Assembly (NCBI GenBank): GCA_002269645.1
Contig: NIVC01000031.1
Coordinates: forward strand, 1,405,350-1,469,349
Origin: Macrostomum lignano
Lineage: Eukaryota
Reading direction: 5' to 3'
Length of the DNA: 64,000 bases
Shown: positions 1-13,200 of the stretch, in pieces
Position numbering within the stretch: position 1 is the stretch's first letter
Layout: every line of letters starts with the position of its first letter
Position numbers and translations under genes: made by a program
Notes under the pieces: model-generated
What the model saw: only the letters and a program-made list of their open reading frames with translations
Told to the model about the DNA's origin: nothing
Databases searched by the model: none

Positions 1-1664
1 AGCACCTCTTGATTATTCAAGGCGCAGGTGCATTGCTCGCGAAGGCAACGTATGCTGATGAGGATGCTGCGATTCGATTCAGCAAGCTCATAGCAGTCGA
101 GCAACTCTTGAAGGCTCTGGGTGTCCCGGCGCCACAGCAGCGAGAATAGGTTGAGCTCGGACATGATGTAGGCTAGTAATCTTCACCGTAAAAGGCTTTT
201 AGAGCTTGTTCTGTTAGAATGATGCCTGACAGTGACGCATGCGATCTGCAACTGACATCGGCTTAGTCAGTTTGGGTATTGCTTCAAGCTTGCTCGGAGA
301 TGCACGCTCGTATCTTAAAATTGAAGCAGATATTTAAAGTTCTGACAGAATATTCACTGCGTTTGATATTAGTATTGCTTGCTTGTCTTTTTATACTGCC
401 GTCTCAGGGGCGGGGCCTACGTTTGCCTGCGGCTCAATATGGGGCCGATTAATAAAGTGCTTTTTTCAGGAGCTCTGTCGTTCTTTCTCTCTTTCTGGCT
501 TCTTCCTATAACCGGCTGGATTGGACAGGAAAGGGGCGAGTGCTGGCGCATATACAGTGAGAACAGTGAGAACCGCAAGCCATACAGAAACAAGCAAGAG
601 CTGCACTGCAAGATAAACGGAGCCCCCCCTGGCGTGCAGCTTCTAAATTCGACTGGAGAGGGGCTAGAAAGAGAGAGACGAAAGACGAAAGAAACCCACA
701 CCTCAAGTAAATCTTCTGGGGCCAGAAACTCGAGATTCCGGCCCGCTCTCGAGTCCCACCCACAGCCTCACTGCGAAATCTTCATCTCAATCTCAATAGA
801 ACTTGTGCTCCGGGGCAGTTTCTCAGAACCCACACCCATGCCAACTCGGAAAAACAATGAGCCTCAAACAATGCAGCAGACTGAGAGCAGTGGGGTTGGG
901 TGGAAATTTCAATAGAAAAGAAAGCATTGGCGACAGTCCCGAAAACTAAAGGAGGGAATTGTAGAGCAGAACCTGACCAAATACGGTGTAGCTCACTTTG
1001 AAAGCAGCAAAAGATGTAGAAGAAAGATATCGACAAGAAAAGCATAGCTTTACCTTTTTAAGCTAACAACTCTATATATCTTTTCATCAAAGCACATGGC
1101 CAGTTTTTCCAAGCACAGCTCGAAAATTGAGTACATTGCTAGAAAATTTTCTTTTATATAGTTCTAATGCTGGTCACGTCACATCTAACGCAAGTCGACT
1201 CTGTATAACTGAGAACTTAAAGCAATAGAGACGGGTGTGAGTTATAAAATCTAAAACCCCCGTGCTACCCTAACATAAGTTCTATACTCGCACTCGAGAA
1301 CACGAGTTCGGGCCGAAGACATGATTACCGACCGCTCCAAGTGAACTGGAGCAGCCAGCCTACCTGTCTGCCTTTCGAGCCACAGCTTAGGGCATGCAGT
1401 GCATGCACTCAGGTGCAAGAGACTTGCTCAAAAAAGATGTTTCGTAAAATTTTCTATACCTTTTAGCCCTCGTAGGTTCAGACTATAATAATACAATCCA
1501 ATTAAGGAAACCTGTATTCATGCCTGTGCGCCGAGTCTTAGGACCCACGTGACGCAGAGCTTTATTTGATTTTACAATAAAATTAAAAATAGACCTGGCA
1601 AAGCAGTATGCTGGCTGCTGCGACGCTTGTTTATGCCAGTTTATAAGACGACACGAAACAAAGT

Positions 1665-3150
1665 GGAAAGGAGGGCGTAGAGGAGAGTGAAGAGTAGAAA
1701 AGAGATCAGAGAGAAGGGTGGAGTGGGAGGAGGAGGGGAGACAGCGGAGGAGGGGAGAGGGCAGAGAGGAGAGGAGGGGGCAGAGAAGAGGGGAGAGGAG
1801 AGGAGAGGAGGAGAGGGCAGAGAGAAGGAAAGAGGAGAGGAGAGGAGGAGAGGGCAGAGAGGAGAGGAGACGGCAGAGAGGAGGGGAGAGGAGAGGAGAG
1901 GAGGAGAGGGTAGAGAGGAGAGGAGAGGGCAGAGAGGAGAGGAGAGGGCAAAGAGGAGAGGAGAGGGCAGAGAGGAAATGAGAGGGCAGAGAGGAGGGGA
2001 GAGGGCAGAGAGCAGAGGGCAGAGAGGAAATGAGAGGGCAGAGAGGAGAGGAGAGGTCAGAGGAAGGGAGATGCCAGAGAGGAGAGAGAGGAGGGGGCAG
2101 AGAGGAGGGGAGAGGAGAGTAGAGGAGGAGAGGGCAGAGAGGAGAGGAGAGGAGAGGAGGAGGGGGCAGAGAGGAGGGGAGAGGAGAGGAGAGGAGGAGA
2201 GGGCAGAGAGGAGAGGAGAGGAGAGGAGGAGGGGGCAGAGAGGAGGGGAGAGGAGAGTAGAGGAGGAGGGGGCAGAGAGGAGAGGAGAGGGCAGAGAGGA
2301 AATGAGAGGGCAGAGAGGAGGGGAGAGGGCAGAGAGCAGAGGGCAGAGAGGAAATGAGAGGGCAGAGAGGAGAGGAGAGGTCAGAGGAAGGGAGATGCCA
2401 GAGAGGAGAGAGAGGAGGGGGCAGAGAGGAGGGGAGAGGAGAGTAGAGGAGGAGAGGGCAGAGAGGAGAGGAGAGGAGAGGAGGAGGGGGCAGAGAGGAG
2501 GGGAGAGGAGAGTAGAGGAGGAGAGGGCAGAGAGGAGAGGAGAGGAGGGAGGAGGGGGCAGAGAGGAGGGGAGAGGAGAGTAGAGGAGGAGGGGGCAGAG
2601 AGGAGAGGAGAGGGCAGAGAGGAAATGAGAGGGCAGAGAGGAGGGGAGAGGGCAGAGAGCAGAGGGCAGAGAGGAAATGAGAGGGCAGAGAGGAGGGGAG
2701 AGGGCAGAGAGGAGGGGAGAGGGCAGAGAGGAGGGGAGAGGGCAGAGAGGAGAGGAGAGGTCAGAGGAAGGGAGATGCCAGAGAGGAGAGAGAGGAGGGG
2801 GCAGAGAGGAGGGGAGAGGAGAGTAGAGGAGGAGAGGGCAGAGAGGAGGGGAGAGGGCAGAGAGGAGGGGAGAGGGCAGAGAGGAGAGGAGAGGTCAGAG
2901 GAAGGGAGATGCCAGAGAGGAGAGAGAGGAGGGGGCAGAGAGGAGGGGAGAGGAGAGTAGAGGAGGAGAGGGCAGAGAGGAGAGGAGAGGTCAGAGGAAG
3001 GGAGATGCCAGAGAGGAGAGGAGGGGGAGAGAGGAGAGGAGAGTAGAGGAGGAGAGGGCAGAGAGGAGAGGAGAGGAGAGGAGGAGGGGGCAGAGAGGAG
3101 AGGAGAGGAAAGGACGGAGAGAAGAGGAGAGGAAAGGACGGAGAGAAGAG
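1665..3150. repeat. Purine-only (GA-rich) compound satellite with ~320-bp higher-order blocks
   Basis: ~1.5 kb of GAGAG/GGCAGAGAG motifs with very few pyrimidines on the + strand. A block starting ggcagagaggaaatgagagggc recurs near 1965, 2289 and 2611. The R/G/E-rich ORFs here are repeat artefacts. Confidence 0.95.
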
Positions 3151-3754
3151 GGAAAATCCATTTGATTGGAAACGTTGGGTAGTTTTTCTAATTGACTTTT
3201 CTCACAATGAGCGAGCATGAGGAGAAACGAAAAGCTCGAATTAGGAAGGCGAACAAGAAAGTTTTTTTGTGCTCACCAATTGGGACAGTCAGATGCCAGA
3301 TGTGAAATTGTGTTTCAAGGAAAAAAGTGTCCTCAGCAGCTCAACTCAGCCTCTCGGCCTCAGGCTCTAGCAGTGTTGGCATTTGCCGTGCTTCAGAGTT
3401 GAGAGTCGCATGAACCAAATGAATGAAGCCTGAATCGAATTACCTCAATGGCAAATATCGACTGCCAGGGACTCAGGAAGTTGGGAAGAGAGAGACAGAG
3501 CTCAATAGATGGACCTCATGGAGTCAGGGGTTTATTTTGACCCGAAAAAAAGCTTTAACCAAACGAAACATAAGATTCTTTTTCTACACTGTTTCCAAAT
3601 TCACTTCTTCCTTCCGTGGTTGGCCTAAGAATAAGAATTCGCGAATGGGGGTCTAAAAAACCAATAGTAACCTAATTACTGGACCGGCTTGCTTTGGGCC
3701 GCTTTTTACTCCTAGATACGGGATGTTATTCAGGGTAGCAGCGCTCACTGATTA

Positions 3755-4730
3755 AGAATCAGGGAGGGTAAGGGTAGCGGTACTCACTGAAGGATCAGGG
3801 AGGGTAGCGGGATGCTCATTGCTCACAGAAGGATCAGGGAGGGTAGCGGCGATGCTCATTGCTCACAGAAGGATCAGGGAGGGTAGGGGCGATGCTCATT
3901 GCTCACAGAAGGATCAGGGAGGGTAGGGGCGATGCTCATTGCTCACAGAAGGATCAGGGAGGGTAGGGGCGATGCTCATTGCTCACAGAAGGATCAGGGA
4001 GGGTAGCGGCGATTCTCATTGCTCACTGAAGGATCAGGGAGGGTAGCGGCGATGCTCACAGAAGGATCAGGGAGGGTAAAGAGTTGTGGTGCTCACTGAA
4101 GGATCAGGGAGGGTAACGGCGATGCTCACAGAAGGATCAGCCGATCAGGGAGGGTAGCGGCGATGCTCACAGAAGGATCAGCCGATCAGGGAGGGTAGCG
4201 GCGATGCTCACAGAAGGATCAGGGAGGGTACGGGCGATGCTCACAAAAGGATCAGGGAGGGTAAAGGGTTATGGTACTCACTGAAGGATCAGGGAGGGTA
4301 GCGGCGATGCTCATTGCTCACAGAAGGATCAGGGAGGGTAGCGGCGATGCTCATTGCTCACAGAAGGATCAGGGAGGGTAGCGGCGATGCTCATTGCTCA
4401 CAGAAGGATCAGGGAGGGTAGCGGCGATGCTCATTGCTCACAGAAGGATCAGGGAGGGTAGCGGCGATGCTCATTGCTCACAGAAGGATCAGGGAGGGTA
4501 GCGGCGATGCTCACAGAAGGATCAGGGAGGGTAAAGGGTTGTGGTGCTCACTGAAGGATCAGAGAGGGTAACGGCGATGCTCACAGAAGGATCAGCCGAT
4601 CAGGGAGGGTAGCGGCGATGCTCACAGAAGGATCAGCCGATCAGGGAGGGTAGCGGCGATGCTCACAGAAGGATCAGGGAGGGTAGCGGCACTCACTGAA
4701 GGATAAGGGAGGGTAGCAGCACTCACTGAA
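3755..4730. repeat. ~40-bp minisatellite (gctcacagaaggatcagggagggtagcggcgatgctcatt) with 33-bp and other variants
   Basis: Direct head-to-tail repeats read from the sequence, with no unique spacers. Confidence 0.95.
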
Positions 4731-6195
4731 GCCTAAAGGAACCGAGCCTAGGGCAAAAAATGTTCTACAAATGAATAACAATTACACTTACCTAGCAGTA
4801 AAATCAGTTCAAGAAATGAACTGTATTTATTTTATTGCAAGACTCAAAGCTGTCGGACGTAGCAAACAGAAAATCAAATAACTCGGTGTAATTATAGTTA
4901 GTCGTTAGTGAACGATGAGGACAAAGAACCATAAGGGGGACCGGGGTTGCAAGAAAACACACTCTTCCTCTTCTTTAATCCCAAATTCTCTTTGTCTGGA
5001 AATGACTGGAGAACTATGTGTAAGGATATCAAATATTCCTTAATCTAGACTAAGACTAGATAGATCATTTCAGATTTGGTTATATAGATTCTAAATAAAC
5101 TGGACTGGAGAGCAATAAAATTCAATCCGCCTATCTATCAATATACTTAATATATTGAACTTCCTATTTTTTAGCTGCAATTTGAGTTTGGTTGGTGGTT
5201 GGTTTGGTTCGCTTCGTAGTGACTAGTGTGTCAAAGACAAGTCGAGGAAGATCGCTTAATGGTAATGGCTTGGGTAGGTAGGGTATCTGAACTGAGGGGG
5301 GATTGGTTTGTCGTCTGTTTAGGGTTGGTGAAATGAACGGGACTTAGGGGTCGGGAGGGGTGGTTGGCTGTGTACACTTTGAGAGCTGAGCGGATTGGGC
5401 CTATGCGAGGGAATTACGGAACAGTCAAGTCAGACCGACAGACAAGGGGGAGGGACGCGAGGGTGGAAAAGAGGAGAAAGAGGGGCGATTTTGGTGCGTG
5501 AGTCACGCCGCCACCTCTTCTTAGCTGAACTGAATTGCCCCTGGTTTTTTTAAAAGAAGGGGGGTGGTTTTCCCAACGCTGCCGCCTCTCTTTGTGCTTT
5601 GTGTGCAGCGCATAATGATAACCCCGCGTCCCCGCCTCGTAATCTATTTTCACTCCTACTCCTACGCATATAAGATAAGATAAGATCAAACTGATTCTAT
5701 TTTTAATTGGTTTAGAAGCGATTAAACTATATGTTGTTAAAAGTTAAACCAATTATTTTTTATTGGAAATATTTAGTGCAAACGAGGTCATAAAAAGCTA
5801 TAAAAAATTAAGGGTCTTGATACTTTGATACTTGATACTTGATACTTACGTCTCGTTACGTCGTAAGCAATCATAAGTTATTGATAATTTAATTGCTTAG
5901 GCGGGATTTAATATTCACAGTCTCAGAGGCACTCCACCATGCACTCCAATTTTACACTGTCTCGCGGACTGAGAACCTACATGTAGATGTTTATCCAAAA
6001 AGTTTGATTGCAATATCGATAAATTAAGCACAATGAATACCATCGTAAATGCAAATCTAAAACCTTCCTAAAAGTTAAAGTTTCATTCGCCAATGCACTT
6101 TTACGAGTCGTATTTGTCCTGCAAGTTCGACAAGTTTTTTTAATAAAGCCTGCACTGGACTGCCAGAAGGAGATTAAGAAATTTGAGTCAGGGAC

Positions 6196-6490
6196 CAGGG
6201 GCGCAGCCAGGATTATTTATACTCAGCAACATTAAAAAGTCGCCACCCCCTTTGCCCCCCAGTGAGCAGACAGTGTATTTCGACCAGCGTCTATCACCTG
6301 GCCAACCATTAAAAATGCTTGAAAAATCCAATCTTTGCCCTCCGCTCTTCCCAATCCCTCATCACCCAGCCCAACTCTGCGTCAAGTTGCGCAAGTTGCG
6401 TCACTCAAAAGTCAATACTGAGCTGGAATTTACTGCGCACTCTCAAAGGTGGCGACTTTTTAATGTTGTTGAGTATAGTAGGGGGTGTCA
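6196..6490. mobile_element. Possible MITE-like element with a 30-bp inverted repeat
   Basis: tatactcagcaacattaaaaagtcgccacc (6218-6247) is the reverse complement of 6448-6477 with 1 mismatch. It abuts the 16-bp array. Confidence 0.4.
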
Positions 6491-6507
6491 TCGTGAGGAA
6501 GAGAAGA

Positions 6508-6876
6508 CCAAAGGGCGCCAGCACCAAGGGGCGCTAGCACTAAGGGGCGCCAGCACCAAGGGGCGCCAGCACCAAGGGGCGCCAGCACCAAGGGGCGCCA
6601 GCACCAAGGGGTGCCAGCACCAAGGGGCGCCAGCACCAAGGGGCGCCAGCACCAAGGGGCGCCAGCACCAAGGGGCGCCAGCACCAAGGGGCGCCAGCAC
6701 CAAGGGGCGCCAGCACCAAGGGGCGCCAGCACCAAGGGGCGCCAGCAGCAGGGGGCGCCAGCACCAAGGGGCGCCAGCACCAAGGGGCGCCAGCACCAAG
6801 GGGCGCCAGCACCAAGGGGCGCCAGCACCAAGGGGCGCCAGCACCAAGGGGCGCCAGCACCAAGGGGCGCCAGCAG
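6508..6876. repeat. 16-bp GC-rich minisatellite (ccagcaccaaggggcg), ~23 copies
   Basis: Near-perfect tandem units. This explains the overlapping 16-aa-periodic ORFs in several frames. Confidence 0.97.
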
Positions 6877-7544
6877 TAGTTGTTGAGAAGCTGGGAACAA
6901 AAAAGGCACCGAATCCACTCAGAAAATGTTCGATCGTATAAAAAACTGCTGAAGTTAATTTACATAGTGTATAGTTGAGAAAAACTATTTTATGCACAAT
7001 ACATGAATATAAAATGCTAGGTATAGAACCGCATACTCGTACACTTGCATCAATTATAATTCCATCCATTGTGGGGCAGCACAGAAATTGAGGGTTCTGC
7101 ACTTCTCTAGAGCAAGTATAGTGCTGTATAGCCACTAGCCATATAAGCGAGTATGATAATAGATTGGAGTCAACTCCCAAGCCTCCGCGAAGGCTAACTA
7201 GCAGCACCACTCTGCTGCAGGACTGACTGACTGATTTTGACAGCAGCAGGGCCTGAGCCAAATCTATTAAGTTGAGAGATTGTTGTTGGCGTACAGCAAC
7301 GAGAGAGGGAGAGAAGACGAGGAGTTAGGTGATGGGGGGAGGCCGAGGGGATATTTGAGAAGCAGCTTTTAGTCCGTTGAGGATTTTATGAGTTATTATA
7401 TAATAAAATATTCAATAACTCTCGCATAATATAAGATTATAACCAATATGTACTTATACCGACACTTGTAAGTGTGCATTAATAATTCATGTCAAGAGGG
7501 GTGAGATTCTGCAGAAAAACTGACTGAAGATTATAAAAAATGAG

Positions 7545-8560
7545 ATTCTCATCTGACTGCAACCTCTCAGAGGGTGAGATTCTCAGCTGACTGCAACCTC
7601 TCAGAGTGTGAGATTCTCAGCTGACTGCAATCTCTCAGAGGGTGAGATTCTCATCTGACTGCAACCTCTCAGAGTGTGAGATTCTCAGCTGACTGCAACC
7701 TCTCAGAGGGTGAGATTCTCAGCTGACTGCAACCTCTCAGAGGGTGAGATTCTCATCTGACTGCAACCTCTCAAAGGGTGAGATTCTCAGCTGACTGTAA
7801 TCTCTCAGAGTGTGAGATTCTCATCTGACTGTAATCTCTCAGAGGGTGAGATTCTCATCTGACTGTAATCTCTCAGAGGGTGAGATTCTCATCTGACTGT
7901 AATCTCTCAGAGGGTGAGATTCTCAGCTGACTGTAATCTCTCAGAAGGTGAGATTCTCAGCTGACTGTAATCTCTCAGAGTGTGAGATTCTCATCTGACT
8001 GTAATCTCTCAGAGGGTGAGATTCTCATCTGACTGTAATCTCTCAGAGGGTGAGATTCTCAGCTGACTGTGAGAGTGTGGGATCTCAGCTGACTGCAGTC
8101 TCTCAAAAGTGTGAGATTCTCAGCTGACTGTAATATCTCAGAGGGTGGAGATTCTCAGCTGACTGTGAGAGTGTGAGATTATCAGCTCAGAGTGTGGGAT
8201 CTCAGCTGACTGCAATCTCTCAGAGTGTGAGATTCTCAGCTGACTGTAATCTCTCAGGTGAGATTCTCAGCTGACTGTAATCTCTCAGAGTGTGAGATTC
8301 TCATCTGACTGTAATCTCTCAGAGGGTGAGATTCTCATCTGACTGTAATCTCTCAGAGGGTGAGATTCTCAGCTGACTGTGAGAGTGTGGGATCTCAGCT
8401 GACTGCAGTCTCTCAAAAGTGTGAGATTCTCAGCTGACTGTAATATCTCAGAGGGTGGAGATTCTCAGCTGACTGTGAGAGTGTGAGATTATCAGCTCAG
8501 AGTGTGGGATCTCAGCTGACTGCAGTCTCTCAAAAGTTTGAGATTCTTAGCTGACTGCAG
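7545..8560. repeat. 32-34-bp palindrome-rich satellite with a ~310-bp higher-order duplication
   Basis: Unit ctctcagag(g)gtgagattctca(g/t)ctgactg(c/t)aa(c/t). The block at 7981-8214 is repeated at 8291-8523. Confidence 0.93.
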
Positions 8561-8998
8561 TCTGTCAAAGTAATATTTCTGTCAAAGTAATATATGAGAC
8601 AACAAACAAAATGGAGCACCTACTGCATCCAGGGGTTTCTCTTTCTAATTAAACCATCAGTGTATCACGTTTGTAATCCTTTGGCAACGCAATAAGAGGG
8701 AATGTTACAAAGAGAAACAAGTAAACTGAGTTTCTTTGAGCTGTGGTTATAATATATATTGTACATATGTATACTAGCAATGCTTATCGGTGTCATTGAA
8801 CACCAATATGTACTCGTATATATCCAGGCATTACCAAAGTGTGGCTAGAGTATCGCACAAGTGGGGGATGTGCGAGGTTTGACTCAATTTGAAGGATGCA
8901 GAAGCAAAGAAAGCAAACTGGGCATTGATTATGGAATAATAAACACAACCCTTGAACCTTCCCGAGACTCTCCATAACCCGCTCTGACCTTAACCACA

Positions 8999-9550
8999 GC
9001 CCTCCCTGACACTCTCCTAACAATCCTCCCTGACACTCTCCTAACAATCCTCCCTGACACTCTCCTAACAATCCTCCCTGACACTCTCCTAACAATCCTC
9101 CCTGACACTCTCCTAACAATCCTCCCTGACACTCTCCTAACAATCCTCCCTGACACTCTCCTAACAATCCTCCCTGACACTCTCCTAACAATCCTCCCTG
9201 ACACTCTCCTAACAATCCTCCCTGACACTCTCCTAACAATCCTCCCTGACACTCTCCTAACAATCCTCCCTGACACTCTCCTAACAATCCTCCCTGACAC
9301 TCTTCACAACCCTCCCTGACACTCTCCTAACAATCCTCCCTGACACTCTCCTAACAATCCTCCCTGACACTCTCCTAACAATCCTCCCTGACACTCTCCT
9401 AACAATCCTCCCTGACACTCTCCTAACAATCCTCCCTGACACTCTCCTAACAATCCTCCCTGACACTCTTCACAACCCTCCCTGACACTCTTCACAACCC
9501 TCCCTGACACTCTTTACAACCCCCTCTGACTCTTCCCACAACCCTCCGTG
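8999..9550. repeat. 24-bp minisatellite (tccctgacactctcctaacaatcc), ~22 copies
   Basis: Tandem units that give the spurious GECQGGLL / SGRIVRRV 8-aa repeat ORFs. Confidence 0.97.
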
Positions 9551-10251
9551 ACACTCTTCCTTTACTACAATATAGTCCTTAAGTGAACAAGATAGCTGTT
9601 TTAATTAACTAACCAATCAATCACACAACAAGCATATTACAAATTGAAATAAAATTAGCATAATTGACCAGAACGCACAAGAAAGCAGCTATAAATTTCC
9701 ATCAAATAGGAGCCAACAGAATCAGCATTGCGGTTCCTTATAAGCATCGAATATATTTTTAATCTATACATGTACTTAATATATTATATATTTAATTGCA
9801 ACAGATAGTTAAGATGTGCACAAAAAGTTCAAATGAAAACAAACTGATTGTTTTGCTAAGCAGATAATAGGAAAGTAATCAGGACAATGAAAAGTATTAT
9901 GCTGTCTAAAATTTTCCTACGACCTACATATAGAAATCACAACAAATATAATTAAGCGTGCATCTAAACAATAGTGAGTTAATGAGTTTTATTTAACCTA
10001 TATTTCCAGAATGACTAGATAAGTGAATAATTGTCTGCTTCACTATTATATTAATAATATTTATGACTGATATCAACAGCGAATGCCCACGAAATAAGAC
10101 AGCAAAGCAACAAAAATATATAGAGTGAAGCCAATTGAACACGCGTGTCCATATTTGACTACTGATATCGGACTATATAAGTAGAAATATAGAAATTTTA
10201 CAACATTTTTCTGCAAAGCTAGGAAAAATGTGGTAAATCAGTTTTTGATAA

Positions 10252-13200
10252 TCAACACAACCCACCGTCAAACTCTTCAGCGTCCTCGGCGCCAGCACCA
10301 GCAGCCTCTGCGGCCGCGCCACCGGCAGCTGACGGTTTCTGGCGCGCCTCCGGCAATCGAATCGATCTAGCTAATTTAGCGAATTCATTGTCCATGTAGC
10401 GGAACACGGGATTCTGCAGGGCCTGACGCCCCCGATCGCCGTCCATCTGCTCGCAGGCCTCCAGCAGAGTCTGCAGGGGGCCGCAGTCGTCGCCAGTTTG
10501 GAACGAGCTGACGTGCACGGAATCGTTGAACGCTTTCCTAGCTGCTACTAGATCTCCGCGGCCGAGCTCCACCACCACTAGGGCTAGCACAGCTTTGGAC
10601 AGGGTGTCCGGGTTCGAATCCCGGCCAGCTTGTCCGACCCGCCGTCTGGCCACGTCGGCTGCAGCGTCCAGCTTGCCAGCGCGGATCAGCATTCGACAGG
10701 CGTGGCCGAGGCACTGGGCAGCCTGACCTACTTTGTCCTCGATGTCGGCCGCGTCAGCTGAGTCGCTGTACAGCCTGGCCGAGGCTTCGGGCAGCGGCTC
10801 CTCCAGCATCCTGCGGATTCGAGTTGTCAATCATTAACTCACTTAATTCATTGTGACACAGTGTGGATTGCTAATCTATCCAGCTCATTGTGACACAGTG
10901 TGGATTGCTAATCTATCCAGTTCATTGTGACACAGTGTGGATTGCTAATCTATCCAGCTCATTGTGACACAGTGTGGATTGCTAATCTATCCAGTTCATT
11001 GTGACACAGTGTGGATTGCTAATCTATCCAATTCATTGTGACACAGTGTGGATTGCTAATCTATCCAATTCATTGTGACACAGTGTGGATTGCTAATCTA
11101 TCCAGTTCATTGTGACACAGTGTGGATTGCTAATCTATCCAATTCATTGTGACACAGTGTGGATTGCTAATCTATCCAATTCATTGTGACACAGTGTGGA
11201 TTGCTAATCTATCCAGTTCATTGTGACACAGTGTGGATTGCTAATCTATCCAATTCATTGTGACACAGTGTGGATTGCTAATCTATCCAGTTCATTGTGA
11301 CACAGTGTGGATTGCTAATCTATCCAATTCATTGTGACACAGTGTGGATTGCTAATCTATCCAGTTCATTGTGACACAGTGTGGATTGCTAATCTATCCA
11401 ATTCATTGTGACACAGTGTGGATTGCTAATCTATCCAGTTCATTGTGACACAGTGTGGATTGCTAATCTATCCAATTCATTGTGACACAGTGTGGATTGC
11501 TAATCTATCCAATTTACTGTGACACAGTGTGGATTGCTAATCTATCCAATTAATTGTGACTGTGGATTGCTAATCTATTCAATTCCAAGAAATTTATTTT
11601 GCAAATCAGTAAAAGAAATGACTCAAGACCAGGACTCACTTAGCCCCCTTCTCCAGCATGAGCGAGGCGCTATCCGGGTTCCCATTCTCGCGCAGCATCC
11701 TACCAGCTTTAGCCAGCCATTCCGCAGCCTCTTCATAGTTCTTGACCTCCTTAGCCAGAAGAGCGGCCGTCTCCAGGTGCTTAGCCGCGTGGAACAGGTT
11801 CTTCAAATGGTTGGCAGTGATGTCGGCAGTTTTAACCAGCATCTGTTGGGACCGTTTGAATTCGCGAGCGGCACGGAAGGCGGCGGCAGCTTTGGCATAC
11901 TCGTCAGCAGCTGAGTCGTAATCTGGACTGCGGCGCATCTTGAGCAGTCCAGTCTTCAGGCTGGGTGTAATGGCGTCATATGTTGGCATGCTTACTAACT
12001 GGCGAATATAAAGTTTTTGACATTATGTATAGCAATGTATTCTTACTAGCTTGACTTCGATGACCATAATAGTTTTGAATTTTAATTATATACAGAACTA
12101 GATAAAAAATTCTGGGTTCTGTATTCAAAGTAGCCAATATATTTTTAAGAAAATAAACACTATTTATAAAGGAAAATTTTGCCTATCCTATTTCTACTCT
12201 TTATACTCAATGAGACTTAATAAAGATATAGTTTAAAACTATAACAAGTTTGATTATAAAAATAGGCTAATTTTGGAGAATTGAAGGCAATAAACTATAA
12301 ATTATTTTGGAGCAAAAAAATTATGCTAGCATTTTATGACATGTAAATAAACTTTAGCTGTAACAAACTTTCTCCCATATTTATATCAATAAATATGATA
12401 GCCACAATATAAAAACACATGGACACTGTCAAGTGCACAATTGTATATGTAGGTGTACAAATTTATAGGATTATAATAGGAACAAATTTAGAAAGTTAAC
12501 ATAACTTTTTTCCATGTTTTGCTCTTTGAGCAGTAGAAGTTGGCTTTTATATAATTTGAATTTGGTGATTTAAGAATTGGAACCATATTTAAACATACAT
12601 GTGCAACCCCCTGATTTATACTGGTCATGTAACTTACTTTTTGACCAAAAATGAGATTTACCTATGAAAGAAACCCTAGATATGGTACAATAGACCTGCC
12701 AATGGCAACTATAAATATGCCTACGGTAGATATCTGCTTTTATAGCTATGACTACAGAAATATGGTAGCTGCTGTCATATTCCATAGATTCTTATAGCCC
12801 TAGTTATTAATTAAAAAAACTATTAGAAACAAGTAGAGTAAAACAAAGATACTTGGTAAGCTGTATTATAGACTTAGAAACATAGATTATACTTAATAAA
12901 ATATAATAATACATTAGCAAAGTCTAACTTTTATTAATGTGAAAAAGTTCAACATTAGTACTTTCAGTAGTGATTAAGTATTGTTACTCTTTGTAAAAAG
13001 ATGAAATACAATCTTACAAAGGCAATTGATGGTTTGTTTTATTTTCTATCTTAAGTTATTTAAGCACCAGGTTATCTTTTTGATTCAAAATATTTTGATT
13101 CCCTGACTGTTAAAACTATGGCTATGGGAACAATGAGAATATAGTAATATTGGGGTCTCTATGGCTATGGAATATGGAGAATTGGAATAAGCAATAGTTT

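Noticed and set aside
3-170. Open + strand frame ending ...RLSSDMM stop at the window start
   Set aside because: It could be the 3' end of an upstream gene or TE ORF, but it has no recognisable motif and too little context.
379-1045. ORFs of 85-178 aa
   Set aside because: No domain, no coherent splice structure and no coding-like composition.
1687-9510. Long repetitive ORFs (R/G/E-rich, GAPAPRGAST, GECQGGLL)
   Set aside because: They arise in several frames and on both strands from tandem repeats.
10848-11575. CRISPR-like 37-bp repeat (also the 33-bp and 40-bp arrays)
   Set aside because: Units are contiguous with no unique spacers, there are no cas genes, and the context is a eukaryotic intron.
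11963-11989. ATG at 11989 as the gamma-SNAP start
   Set aside because: It lies in the intron just upstream of the acceptor at 11961-11962. A better exon 1 exists at 17110-17058.
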